Shown here: piece by piece, positions 26,172-39,607 of the stretch
Position numbering within the stretch: position 1 is the first letter of the stretch
Layout: every line of letters starts with the position of its first letter
Source of the DNA: Octopus sinensis
Lineage: Eukaryota
Direction: 5' to 3'
NCBI RefSeq assembly: GCF_006345805.1
Contig: NW_021833429.1
Span: forward strand, 1-64,000
Length of the DNA stretch: 64,000 nucleotides
Notes under the pieces: generated by a model
The model's input: the letters and a program-made list of their open reading frames with translations, nothing else
Database searches by the model: none
Told to the model about the DNA's origin: nothing
Position numbers and translations under genes: made by a program

Positions 26172-28159
26172 ATTTCTATTTCTTCCTCCCCCTCTCTTTC
26201 TCTCTGCCCACTTTATACATGCACACCACACATATCTTCACACACACACACACACACACACACAGAGTCAAATTACCATTTTTTCCTCTTCTCCAGCTCT
26301 TCCTCCTTCTCTCTTTGAGCATCTACCTACCCATCCGCTCTCTCTTTCTCCCACGTATATGTATAAACAATACACACACACATTATATGTAGATATATAT
26401 ATATATGCATATATACGTATATATATATATGTGTGTGTGTGTGTGTATGTGTGTATGTATATATATATATATATATATACGTATATATATATGTATATAT
26501 ATACATATATACGTATATATATATGTTCGTATGTGTGTGCGTATAAAGTCCACCTTGTGTTTAACATTAGTAAACGAATATCGTTTTTTGTCTTTGAAAT
26601 TTCTTTCAATAGCATCACGAACCATTAAAATGTAGCATAATAAAAATGTATTACATATAAAATCATACCAATATTTGTAAATAGAGGAAAAAGAAGATTC
26701 TTAGGTTCAACCCACCTTTTATTTTATATACTCGTCCAGTCATCACCTCCTCTCCCTTCCTCTGCGTGTGTGTGCGTGCGTGTATGTGTGTACGACTGCT
26801 TATTCCATATGCGTCTACATTATTTAAACGTTTTATTGTAGCCATTGTTCGTCTCCGTGCTATATTTGAGATCGCATTGGCAACGGATTGTCGCTTGATG
26901 GAAGTGTTATGCAATCACTTCCATGGTCAAGATATGACCTCGAAATACGGTTTCCTTTTTTATTTGTTATTCGATATAACTGTTTGTTGCTTTTCCTCTT
27001 TTGTTTTGTACGCAAATACTCGGCGGATCCCGTATATCTACGTGCATTTATGTACGCATGTGTACATAAGTATGCCACCGCACATTTAATGCTCAAATAT
27101 GTGGAAAGTAAATATTACGTTTATGTCGACGTATATGACGTATATATCTATGTATGTGTGTCTGTATGAATATGCATATATGTGCGTGTGTGTGTATACA
27201 TATGGCTATATGTACATATATTTATCCGTATAAATATGTAGATGTATATGTATTTATATGTGTATATATATGTATACATATGAATTTCTGGATGTATATG
27301 TATTTATATATGTGTATGTGTGTGTGAGAGAGAGAGACCAGAGAGAGAATATCTATTTGAGTGCATATCTGGGTTTGTATGTATGTGTATGTGTTAATGT
27401 GTGTGTAATATATTTAAAGGAGAATAGGCAATATCTAAAAAGACTGCGTTAAAATACCTGACATATTTATTACACAGTTGTTATATAATTCCTCCTACAC
27501 GCTTATTTAACGATTATAGCCCAACATACCCGTATCCGGGTATTGCAGCAAAATGACAGCAGTTAATACTCTTTCCTCACGTTGATATTCCTTTATCCAT
27601 TGCTCGGTGTCCCTTCTAAAATATTTGCTGTATTTTTCTTTTAAATTACAACATTAGGTATTGCTGCTGTTACAGTTGTTGTCATTATCGATGTTGCATG
27701 CAGTTGCTTCTAAATTAACGTTTCTGAAATAAAGCAGATTTCAAAAATGAAATTAATCAGAAAACAAAGTTTCCGTCAATTGTAATTAGTATCTTCATAT
27801 TTTGCAAGACTATTTAAGTGGTGAGGTTCATGGTTCTACCTAGATTACTATATGCACGAATATTCACATCTAAATACATTATTTGTGGCTTAAGAAGGTA
27901 ACCAATGTTTTCATATGAAGAGATCTTCACAATTGTTAAGTGCACCATATGGAGAAGTACTTGTCTCCATTATGGACGAGAATACACCACATGTACGAGA
28001 CTAAACGGGATTTTGAAATAAATGCACAGATCATAGAAGGTAACTTGTAATAATATCTTGCAGTAGCCTTGGAGATTTTGCAAATCAAAAATATTAATCC
28101 ATACTTGCAGTTTTGAACACTCATTGTCAGTGTTCCATATTAGCGTATACGTTCGATAT

Positions 28160-28460
28160 TGATTAGAGGAAAACTGAAAGAAGCCAGTCGTACATGTGTT
28201 TGTATGTGAAAGGGAGAGAGAGAAAGAGAGTATCTGTGCATATGTGTGTGCCTTCTTGTATACGTGTTTGTCCACCACCACAGCTCTACAACCGGTGTTG
28301 GTTTGTTAATATCCCTGTAACTTAGTGGTTCGGAGAAACAGACGGATAGAATAAGTACCAGGCTTTAAAGAAAGTACTAGGATCGACTCGGTCCACTAAA
28401 AACTTCAATGCGGTGCCCCGGCATGGTCGTTGTCTAACGACTGAAACAAGGGAAAGTAAC
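28160..28460 (+). mobile_element. Family A SINE, 5'-truncated
   Basis: ACTGAAAGAAGCCAGTCG body, GATAGAATAAGTACCAGGC, and GCGGTGCCCCGGCATGGTC..ACTGAAACAAG tail. Confidence 0.8.
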
Positions 28461-28509
28461 ACATATACATACTTGCATATATATACATACATTTATACAT
28501 ACCTATACT

Positions 28510-28710
28510 TTGTTAATGAAGCTGCAAAGACATCACTAAATCTGCTACTCAGAGTTTCATGTTCCCACTCGTCGGAACGGGAACGTGAAACTGAGTAACA
28601 GTTTTTGTTATGTCTTTGCAGCTTTATTAATAAAATATATTACTCTACATCCGGTATTCGAGTGCTATTTTCCCCACCTTGTTTCACATTTATGTGCTTA
28701 CTCTGACACA
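28510..28710. mobile_element. Penelope-like remnant forming a hairpin of about 115 nt centred on a hammerhead core
   Basis: Arms TTAATGAAGCTGCAAAGACAT...CTCAGAGTTTCATGTTCCC and GGGAACGTGAAACTGAG...ATGTCTTTGCAGCTTTATTAA. Minus strand reads CCGACGA-GTG ggaa CAT-GAAA-CTC t GAG-TA. Same family as 4020-4200. Confidence 0.65.
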
Positions 28711-28738
28711 CGCACACCACACACCACGCACGCACACA

Positions 28739-28842
<104 letters not shown>

Positions 28843-29097
28843 TGGTGGGTTGGAACAAGTGTGCACCGATTCCTGCGAACCAGTTGTTTAGTATTGCTTT
28901 TAAAATAAGATGAGGTTGTTAACTTTTTGCTAGTCACTGAAGACATTTATTAGAGAAAGTGTCATACTGATCACAGAGTTTACTACAGAGTCCAAATAAC
29001 TCACCTTGCCTCTATTCCCAGTCAACGATGCTAGATCTTAGGGATGGCGCATAAAGTTCATGAAGCGAAGCTTAAACATTTTAAACATTGTGTAAAT

Positions 29098-29521
29098 CTT
29101 ACATATTAAAACTGAAAGTGTCTACGTGTGGATGTGTATCGGTATATCCTCATTTTGCGCCAAAACGGCTCGAGTGATTTTTCTTAAAATTCATACGCAC
29201 ATTGCCTATGTGTCTGGGGAGGTTTTAAGTATAAATTGATTTCGAAAAATGTTCGGGTAAACGGCAGGAGGAATAACATGTGGGCGCGGTTGAATGGCGG
29301 GGGTAATTATTTTAAGCTTCCAAGGGAAATAACCCATTCCCGCCTTCGTAAATTATTTGGTAAAAATGAAATTGAGTATAATTATTTCTTAGTATTTGAA
29401 TTATTTTAGTTATTTTTTCAATTTATCCAGTACAATGCTTAAATAAGTTAATAGTATTCTCCTAAACAATAGATCCACTTACTTCGGTTAGTGATTTATT
29501 TACGAATATACCAACACTAGT
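29098..29521 (+). mobile_element. Possible non-autonomous Helitron-like element
   Basis: ATATTAAAACTGAAAGTGTC..GTGTG start, AAAACGGCTCGAGTGATTTTTCTTAAAATT box typical of such elements, and a CTAG-T end at about 29520. Boundaries are uncertain. Confidence 0.4.
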
Positions 29522-29574
29522 GCTGCTGAGGGTAATGTTCTCTGGGAATGCACAAAAGCTTTTTTCAGTTTACA

Positions 29575-30070
29575 TTCCTGTAACTTAGTGGTTTGGTAAA
29601 AGACACTGACAGAATGAGTACTAGGCCTCCAAAGAATAGATCCTGTAATTGATTTCTTTGACCAAGGGCGGTGCTCCAGCATGACCACAGTCACATGACT
29701 TAAACAAGTAAAGTAATCAGCAGCTATCTCGTCGCCTTCACTTTCATTTCCTCAAAATGAAATCTTTCTTTCAAGCGGGAAACTGAACGAAGATGGAAAC
29801 TGAACGAAGCCTGTCCTAAATATATATACATACATGTGTGTGAGTATGTACATATGTGCATGCGTATGTGTGTGTCCTACCACTGCTTGGCAACCAGCGG
29901 TTGCTTGTTGATATCTCCGTCACGTAGCGTTTCGACAACAAGAGAGCGACAGAGTAAGTACTTGGCTCAGAAAATAAGTCCGTGCGTCGATTTGCTCGAC
30001 CCGAACATTTACCAAATCTTCAAGGTGATGCCCCAGCATGGCCGCGGTCCAATGACAGAAACAAGTAAAA
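29575..30070 (+). mobile_element. Two family A SINE 3' parts (29575-29715, 29790-30070)
   Basis: Tails GGCGGTGCTCCAGCATGACCACAGTCACATGACT and GGTGATGCCCCAGCATGGCCGCGG..GAAACAAGTAAAA. Confidence 0.8.
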
Positions 30071-30458
30071 TATATAGATACTCCCTTACTTGCGCCTTTC
30101 TTTCGCACCACCGCCACCACTTCGATTCCTTTCTCTTTCATGATCGCCAATCATCTCGTTCTCCCTATTCGCTATATCTTCCTCACTCTGCCATCCTCCC
30201 CGATTCACTCTGTCTCATGTTCCTCATCCCCATACTCTCTCATCTCTCTCCCTCTCTTTCTTCCTTTCTCTCTCGTTCTCCTTCCGTCTCTCCCACCTCT
30301 TCCGCTATCCATATTCTATTGCCATCTGGTTGTTGTGCTAATTCAGCCATTCAGTGATCCACTTAGCTATTATTGTAAATGTGTGACATAATTCTTTCAT
30401 TATCGATTAACTTATCAATACATACATATTTAAACATATCCTAGACGTATTTTCTGAC

Positions 30459-30503
<45 letters not shown>

Positions 30504-30507
<4 letters not shown>

Positions 30508-30957
30508 GCACGCAACGCATTTATACATATATATATATATATGTAACCTGTCAGCTCAGGAGGTTAGAGTCTCGTGTGAATATCGTGGTTTCAATTTCCA
30601 TATTGGCTAGCTTTCAATTATTTTCAAGCTGATGTCCCAGCAGAGCTGTACTCCAATGGCTGTAACTAATAAGTGTGAGTGTGTGTGGCTTTACACACAC
30701 ACATACACACACATCATTTGCTATTAGCCCAATAGCCATCGTAACTCAAGTGCTAGGAGTTTCGTGTCAGTGCTTTTCTAAACTTGATATTCATTCGAAC
30801 AATGATCAAGGCCCTTGAATCGCTCGCTGTACGTTCTCCGCAATTAGAATAATGCAACATGCTCTGATTGGAGGAAGAATATTACTTCTTGGGTGAAAAA
30901 TACTTCCTCATCTACTCTTTCTTCTTCACCCTCATTATCTTCTCTCTCCCGCCTGAT

Positions 30958-31007
<50 letters not shown>

Positions 31008-31468
31008 CACATACGCACGCAACGCATTTATACATATATATATATATGTAACCTGTCAGCTCAGGAGGTTAGAGTCTCGTGTGAATATCGTGGTTTCAAT
31101 TTCCATATTGGCTAGCTTTCAATTATTTTCAAGCTGATGTCCCAGCAGAGCTGTACTCCAATGGCTGTAACTAATAAGTGTGAGTGTGTGTGGCTTTACA
31201 CACACACATACACACACATCATTTGCTATTAGCCCAATAGCCATCGTAACTCAAGTGCTAGGAGTTTCGTGTCAGTGCTTTTCTAAACTTGATATTCATT
31301 CGAACAATGATCAAGGCCCTTGAATCGCTCGCTGTACGTTCTCCGCAATTAGAATAATGCAACATGCTCTGATTGGAGGAAGAATATTACTTCTTGGGTG
31401 AAAAATACTTCCTCATCTACTCTTTCTTCTTCACCCTCATTATCTTCTCTCTCCCGCCTGATACACGC
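30504..31468 (+). repeat. Near-perfect tandem duplication, 507-bp period, bounded by (CA)n
   Basis: 30504-30963 matches 31011-31468. By eye they differ only in microsatellite length. Confidence 0.95.
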
Positions 31469-31588
31469 ACACACACACACACACTCACCTATTATTTTAA
31501 GGAAATCAATTACCCCCAAAATATTAATTATTGAGCCAGTATTTCCTTGGATGACGCCATCCCTTCATGAGGCTAACATAACCTCTAA

Positions 31589-31633
<45 letters not shown>

Positions 31634-31639
31634 TATTTT

Positions 31640-32050
31640 ATTTTATTCTTTTACTTGATTCAGACATTTGACTGCGGCCATGCTGGAGCATCGCCTTAAA
31701 TGGGGTTTTTTTAGTCGAAAAAATCGACCCCAGGACTTATTCTCTGTAAGCCTGCAACTTATTCTATCGGTTTCTTTCGTCAAACCACTAAGTTACGGGG
31801 ACGTAAGCATACCAACATCGGTTGTCAAGCGATGGTGGAGAAACAAAAGACACAAAGACACACATACAGAAATATATATATATATATATTACGACGGGCT
31901 TCTTTCAATTTCCGTCTACGAAATCCACTCACAAGGCTTTGGCCGGCCCGAGGCTATAGAAAACACTTGCCGAAGGTGCCACGCAGTGGGACTGAACCTA
32001 GAACCATGTGGTTGAGAAGCTTGCTTCTTACCACACAGCTACGTCTGCAC
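31640..32050 (-). mobile_element. Family A SINE, full length
   Basis: Reverse tail TGACTGCGGCCATGCTGGAGCATCGCC and reverse head GTGGGACTGAACC..ACCATGTGG..ACCACACAGC. Confidence 0.85.
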
Positions 32051-32343
32051 CTGGAGTTGCTTTCATGTCGAGTCATAATAAAGAAAATTTAGATGAAGCT
32101 GAACGATTTGTAGAATGCATATTTTTTATCGTTATATATTGGGATGATCATTTTTTCTTGGCAGTTAAACACGCTCACTGTTTATTCGTTCTTCACTTGT
32201 TTATTCCTGTCCTTATTTTATGTCTATTCTCTGGAAATCTTTCGCCACTCACCTGTGATCTCTTCTGCTACTTTCTATCTCACGTGTCTCCTATTCTGTT
32301 TAGTCCATTCCCAAAATTTAGCAATATCTGTTTCAACACACTA

Positions 32344-32720
32344 CAGGGTGATTCAAAAGTCGCCATTCATAGGAATAATTTATCTTTTTTTTTTTATAAA
32401 AAACAGCTTATAAGAACTGTTTTTTTTTATTTAACAGGCTCTGAATGGTTACCATTGTTTTGATTACACATTGCAATACGTTTACCCCACTCATTGTGAA
32501 CTCGTAATTGCACATCTGGTGATACCTATGCAAATGAGTTGGTGATGCGTTCCTTCAAATGATTTAGGTCTTTTATCTTTCCACGATACACCATACCTTT
32601 CAAATGCCCCCAAAGATAGAAATCGGGAGGGGTCAGATCAAGGGATCTAGGGGATCTTATAAACTGTTTCATTATAAAAAGTAATTTTCTCCTATGTGTG
32701 GAGACTTTTAAATCATCCTG
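32344..32720 (-). mobile_element. Internally deleted Tc1/mariner-superfamily element with a transposase C-terminal relic
   Basis: TIRs CAGGGTGATTCAAAAGTC and GACTTTTAAATCATCCTG with TA flanks. Minus strand about 32427-32654 reads PRSLDLTPPDFYLWGHLKGMVYRGKIKDLNHLKERITNSFA*VSPDVQLRVHNEWGKRIAMCNQNNGNHSE, matching the SPDLTPxDFxLWGxLK motif. Confidence 0.85.
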
Positions 32721-33164
32721 TATTTCACATTAGGAATCCTTGAAAAGCAAATTCATAAACCTAACATATTTATTCTTCTTCTACAAGAATACTCTTCGCA
32801 GAGGCTTTGAAGTTTCGGCTTTCTTAACCCCCATCCGATTAAGAGTAAAAGCAGGGCTGAAACTTCGAAATCACCATCAACACTATATTTATGGAAGAAG
32901 TAGGTGTATACACATAGTCCATGTTTAATAGCTTCCGTCTCTCTCGTCCCTTCCTCTCTCCCTTTCTCTCTAACCCTCTCTCCCCCTCACTCTATTGGTC
33001 ATACAGACTGCATTTATTCTCCTGACTCTCGTTCCTCATTCTTTTGCATTGTCTTGAAGTGCACAGCTGTGAATGTTTAGGCCTGTTTATGTGCGAACCA
33101 GGCGCTGTTTGTCATAGAATGGTAAACATACGTGACGGCGTTTATAAACCTAAGTAGGTGGGTA

Positions 33165-33258
<94 letters not shown>

Positions 33259-33375
33259 CATATACACACGCACACACACATATATATATAAGAGTGAATA
33301 TCTATATTCTCAAAGACATATACGTAATGATTACGTATGCTTTCTTACGCATATTTATATCTTCCGGGTTTCTCC

Positions 33376-33455
<80 letters not shown>

Positions 33456-33802
33456 GTGTGTGTGTGTGTGTGTATGGATGCGTATATGTGTGTTTGAATG
33501 TATACATATGTGTCTACGAACAAATGTGCATGTTTTGGAATTGGGGGTGGCGTATATACATACCCGTTGGCACACAATATGCATGGACATAACGGTTGTG
33601 GTGGGTGGGGGTGCTTTTGTCGCTGAGTCTGCTTACGTTTTGTCCTTTACGCAATTACTGGCTATACGTATGGACACCACAGAGAGACATAGAGAGGCGG
33701 AGGGGCGGAGACAGACAGATAAACGGACGGACAGACAGACAGACAGACAGAAGATAGGTAGTAGACAGACAGAGAGAGAGAGATACAGAGAGAGATAACG
33801 AA

Positions 33803-33882
<80 letters not shown>

Positions 33883-34211
33883 TTTGGTAGACAGACAGAC
33901 AGATATCTACACCGACAGTCAGACGCACTGAAACACACACACATACACACGCATTAATGCATATGTTCTTTGTTCACGCTTCAAAAGACATCTCTCCGCC
34001 TTCTTTCCGATCGTTATGTAGTCAGGTTATATTAAAAACCCACAAACAGCCGAGTAAAACAGCTTTGTGAAGTATATGATGAAGTATATGACAGAGGACC
34101 ACCATCTTGGTTACCATTAAACACAGTAACCGTTGCTACACGGAGGATTCTCCGCATGACTGGACACTGGATGTTGTTATTTCCACACACACACACACAA
34201 CACACACAAAC

Positions 34212-34247
<36 letters not shown>

Positions 34248-34317
34248 ACACACACATAAACACATACATACGTACATATATATATATATTATATATATAT
34301 ATAATATATATATATAT

Positions 34318-34356
<39 letters not shown>

Positions 34357-35154
34357 CTCCCACCACTGACCTGTCCTAATCATAGAGGCCAGGATCTCTC
34401 AACGCACGTCCCCCTTTAATCCTCGTCATTCACACTATGTTCCCACCCTCAGCCAGCTTCCCCACCCGTCCCATGATGCATTGCACTAAGTACAACCTTC
34501 AGACTTCCTTTACCACTACGTCGTTCTTTTGGAATTTCCTTCCTGCAAAACGGCTTTCTTGTGGCTTTCGATCGACCATTGTTGAAGAGACACATTAACC
34601 GTTTCATCGGTCTCTAAAGACCTGTGAAGGCCATAAGCACCGCACAGTCTCTCCTTTGTGACCAGCCCAATAAAAAAAAAGGAAAGAGAAGGAAACAAAA
34701 TGGATGACGTTCCAATCGTTATCGTCCCATCTTTTGTACAGCCAGTCTGCATCTCCTTCGATATTTTCTAAAGCGTTCTATTTTTGTTTTGTGTTTCGGT
34801 TTGGTCATTTTTTTTTTGCCAAATAAACACACGCACTATAACTTTGTTCTTCATTCGTTTGTTTCTCTTCTTATTCTAACTCATCTCCATTGTCCGGAAA
34901 TCTTTCGTCACCCTTCTCTGACCTCTTCAACGATACTTTTCCTCTTCGTGTGTGCTCTTGCTCCACTTATTTCATTCTGTTTTTCTATGATGTGTATCCT
35001 TATGTGCGTATGCATTTGCGTCGATAAGATGTAATTTCTGGAGGACTTGGCTGCTATTTTTAGCAGGACGTACAACCATATCAAACTTTCCTCTTTCCCT
35101 CGTTTTATGCACTGGTTATTGCTATTTAAGATGCCAAATGCTTTTTAGCTTGTA

Positions 35155-35480
35155 CCTTTTACTTGGTTCAGTCATTACACTGCGACCATGCTGGGGCACC
35201 GCCTTAAAGAATTTTCAGTCGAACGAATCGACAATGGAATTTTAAGCATTTTTAGGCTGGTATTCTTTTCCCGAACCGCTAAGTTACGGGGGCGTAAACA
35301 CACCGGCTGTCAAGTGGCAGGGGTGAAAAAAAAAACAGACACAAACACACAAAACAGGCTTCTTTCAGTTTCCATCCAGCAAATGTTGAAGACACTTGCG
35401 CAAGGGGTCACACTGTGGGACCGAACCTGAAACCATGTGGTTGGGAAGCAAGTTTCTTACCACACAGCTACGTCTGCGCC
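35155..35480 (-). mobile_element. Family A SINE with internal deletions
   Basis: Reverse tail CCATGCTGGGGCACCGCC and reverse head ACCATGTGGTTGGGAAGCAAG..ACCACACAGC. Confidence 0.8.
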
Positions 35481-35819
35481 TAATATAAATATGTGTGTGC
35501 GCGTGCGTGTATAGAGATGCTACGGTGTGGTTTAAAGAGAATTTAACTGCTATTTCTAACATGACAATTATCCATGTAAGGGCTCTTCATTTACTCTTCG
35601 TGTGTATCAGCTGAAGATTTTTTGTCAGAATCTAAGCACTCTCTGTATCAAAGCCCATTCTAATGAGCTTGGAGTATGTAGCGCGTTCCATTTCAGTGAA
35701 CTCTGCGGCTAATACAGATTTAATTATTAAACGCTTAGTCGAGGAGACAAATGTCAACGTGACCTTTCAGGTAAGGTTGACTTGACCTCACTAGATACAT
35801 ACATACATACATACATACA

Positions 35820-35853
<34 letters not shown>

Positions 35854-35914
35854 AATATATATATAAATATATATATATATACATATATATGTATATAAAT
35901 AAATTAATAAATAA

Positions 35915-36158
35915 ATAAAACATATGCATATATACATACATATATGTACGTACCTACCTCTACATGTATATATACATGCATATATGGGTACAGGACACCA
36001 AAAAAACCTCAAACACAATGAGAAACGAAAACATAAACACAAAACCAAGGATATGGACATTTTTCTTAAACACAGAAAAAATAGAGTACAGGACATACAA
36101 AACAAGGAAAATTCCCCTTCTTCAGTCGCCTTTGTTTCATCTACTCCACGTTCGAAGG

Positions 36159-36160
<2 letters not shown>
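35915..36160 (-). mobile_element. Dispersed non-coding element in TA microsatellite (second, longer copy at 59165-59600)
   Basis: About 245 bp shared with 59168-59415 (GGGTACAGGACA...ACACAATGAGAAA.GAAAACATAAACACAAAACCAAGG...CCCCTTCTTCAGTCGCC). Confidence 0.75.
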
Positions 36161-36207
<47 letters not shown>

Positions 36208-36514
36208 TTTATAGAGAGAGACAGCTATACAGACAGACAGAGATGGTCATTTTTGGGGCCGAATAAACACACGCACTATATATTTGGGCTTTATAAGGAC
36301 ACATCTTGGATTGTAATCCTTATATATACATATATACATGCATATATGTCTGTGTGAATGTGTGTATGCATGTGTGCGGTGCTTCAGCATGGCTGCAGTC
36401 AAATGACTGAAACAAGTAAAATAAAGGAATACACGCACACACACACACACGTACTTCTATATTACATAATACACATGCATATGTGAGATCTTTCTCTCCC
36501 TTCTTTTCCTCCGA

Positions 36515-36583
<69 letters not shown>

Positions 36584-37292
36584 TCCGTTTAAACCCCGGT
36601 TCTTGTATTTATCTCAGCGGGTGTCAAACTCCACACCACCCCACCACCGGCTAATAACCCTATTTGAGTCTTGTCCCCTCATGTATTATTTTCCTTCTTA
36701 TCTTTTTACTGGTTATTTCATACTGTGTGATAGTTGGGGTGAGAGAGAGAAAGGGAGAGAGAGAGAGAGAGAAAAAAGTGAGAGAGAGAGAGAGAGAGAG
36801 AGAAAGTGAAAGAGAGAGAGAGCGAGGGTAAGGGCGCTGATGGCCTGGTGTAGTTGAATGTACGATCAGTCACCGTTTGGTGTGTTGCATCACGTGATCC
36901 TGCTTGTATTTGATTCTGCCATTTATCGTATTTGATGACCGTCTGACATTTTCGAAACCATGACCGGCGGCACCGAATGTAAGTTGAGCTGACAGGAAAC
37001 ATTGAGAAATTGGACCAAGTCGCGTCTTCTGTTAACTCTGAACTTCAGCAAACTTCGCACTAAATAATCTCGGCACAACACACGCTGTACAATATCACGT
37101 GGTACACTAAGACGTGATAAACAGTATTCCGAAGCACATTACTATGAAAGACTATCAAAGATGTGATAGCTGACGTAGATAGGAATACATAACTGGACAT
37201 GGATATGAATGGATAATCAAGTATATTCTGATCGAGTGAATCTAGGATTGGCAAGTAGAGATTTCCCTGTTTCGTATGATGTGTGTGTGTGT

Positions 37293-37358
<66 letters not shown>

Positions 37359-37367
37359 TGTGTATAA

Positions 37368-37770
37368 GGCGGTGAGCTGGCAGAATCGTTAGCACGCTGG
37401 ATGAAATGCTTAGCGTTATTTCGTCTGCCGCTACATTCTGAGTTCAAATTCCACCGAGGTCGACTTTACCTTTCATCCTTTCGGGGTCGATTAAATAAGT
37501 ACCAGTTGCGCACTGGGGTCGATATAATCGACTGGATCCGTTTGTCTGTCCTTGTTTGTCCTCTCTGTGTTTAGCCCCTTGTGGGTAGTAAAGAAATAGG
37601 TATTTCGTTTGCCGTGACGTCTTGAGTTCAAATTCTGCCGAGGTCGACTTTGCCTTCCATCCTTTCGGGGTCGATAAATTAAATACCAGTTGCGTACTGG
37701 GGTCGATCTAATCGACTGGCCCTCCCCCTCCCCATCAAAATTTCGGGCCTCGAGCCTAGAGTAGAAAAGT
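37368..37770 (+). mobile_element. Family B SINE dimer
   Basis: Full head GGCGGTGAGCTGGCAGAATCGTTAGC. A second unit is joined at GTAAAGAAATAGGTATTTCG. Confidence 0.85.
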
Positions 37771-38825
37771 GTGTGTGTGTGTGTGTGTGTTTTGTGTGCA
37801 AATATTTTGTGTAATGTGCATCTGTATATTTTGTGATTGTAATGTATGTATATTGTGTGTAATGTATATCTATATGTAATATATTTCGTGTTTGTAACGT
37901 GCATGTATGTATGTATATATGTATGTATGTGTATGTGTGCATGTACGTATGCATGTGTGTATGTATGTGTGTATTATGTGTGTATGTGTGTATGTGTGTG
38001 TGTGTGTGTGTGGTGTGTGTGTGTGTGTGTGTGTGTGAATGCACAGTTAGCTGAATGGCTAAGATGTTCGCTTCTCAACCCCAAGGTCTCGGATTCGAGC
38101 CCGCTGCGCGACATCTTGATCAAACAAGGCCTTGGGTTAACCTGCACCTAGTGAATAAAACTCAACAGACAGAAGCAGTCTGTCTGAGGGATTCTGGCCG
38201 TAATTCATTATTGCCAGCCCAGAACAATTGTGCAACGAGAAATAAAATGTCTTGCCCAAGAACACTACATGCAACCTTGTCCAGGAATCGAACTTACAAC
38301 CTTACAATCGTGATCCGAATACCCTAACCACTAAGCCACGTGCCTTCACAACAAGATTAGTGCGCAGAAGGCTTGGTGGCAGGCAAGGAGTAAAGGAACG
38401 CTACATTCACACACGCATACACAGTGAGAGAGAAGCTATCATAAGAGACAGAGGGAAAATATGGTAAATGTTTGCAGCATGTGGGCTGTTAAATGGCGGC
38501 ACACAATGAGGCAAGATTGCATAATACAACAAATGCAGCCATAACGGATCGAACTAAATCAATAAATAATGGCTGATGTCATAAAATGAAAGAGCATTGT
38601 TAGGTAGGACAGAATGCTTCTAACTTCCAGATGAAAGCATTTCCCATGGTACATTGAATCAGGAACGAACAGTAGAGAATTGTGGAATGGTTGGGTCCCG
38701 TATTACGATCTCTTAAAATCTTTTATTGTGAATGTCAGATATATTCATTCAAAATTTCATTACCCTTAACTGCGGAAAGCAGTTTTATGTACGAATCTGT
38801 CTTTTGTTAAGAAATGTCGTCTTTA

Positions 38826-39255
38826 ATCTTTTACTTGTTTCAGTCATTTTGACTGCGGCCATGCTGGGGCACCGCCTGGTAGAATTTTAGTCGATCGAAT
38901 GGACTCCAGTAATTATTTTATTCATTTGTTTTTTTAATATTTTTTAAGCCTGGTAATTATTTTATTTTGGTCTCTTTTGCCGAACCGCCAAGTTACGGGA
39001 ATATAAACACACCAATACCAGTTGTCAAGCGGTGGTAGGGACAAACTCAAACCCAAAGACACAATCACACATACATACATATACACGCACACAGTACGGG
39101 CTTCTTTCAGTTTCCGTCAGCCAAATCCATTTACAAAGATTTGGTCGGCCCGAGGCTGTAGTAGAAGACACATGCCCAAGGTGCCACACAGTGGGACTGA
39201 ACCCGGAACCCGGAACCATGTGGTTGGAAAACATGATTCTTAACCACACCGCCAC
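38826..39255 (-). mobile_element. Family A SINE, full length
   Basis: TTACTTGTTTCAGTCATTTTGACTGCGGCCATGCTGGGGCACCGCC through GTGGGACTGAACCCGGAACC. Confidence 0.85.
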
Positions 39256-39607
39256 ACACATTTGAAACTTCCTTTCTTTTGTTTTTCTTTTGCTATGTCA
39301 AGTTTATTGATGCAATGAAACTTGCAAAAAATAACAATCCTACATTTTTTTTCTTGCAGATATTTAACACCATTACTGGAATAACCATGAAATTTAATTA
39401 ATTAAAAGGTTAGTATCGTTTACACATCAAAAGCTCTAAAAACATACATGAAGGTCATAACTTAATCAGTTACCTTTAAATTTCTAAAATTTAAATGCAT
39501 TTTGTATTTTAAAGAAATAAAAATGAATATTGATTTGTTGACACTAGCTTTTTATCGATTAGTTGCCGCTGTTTCTATTGTTGCTGATGCTGCTGTTGTT
39601 GTTTAGA

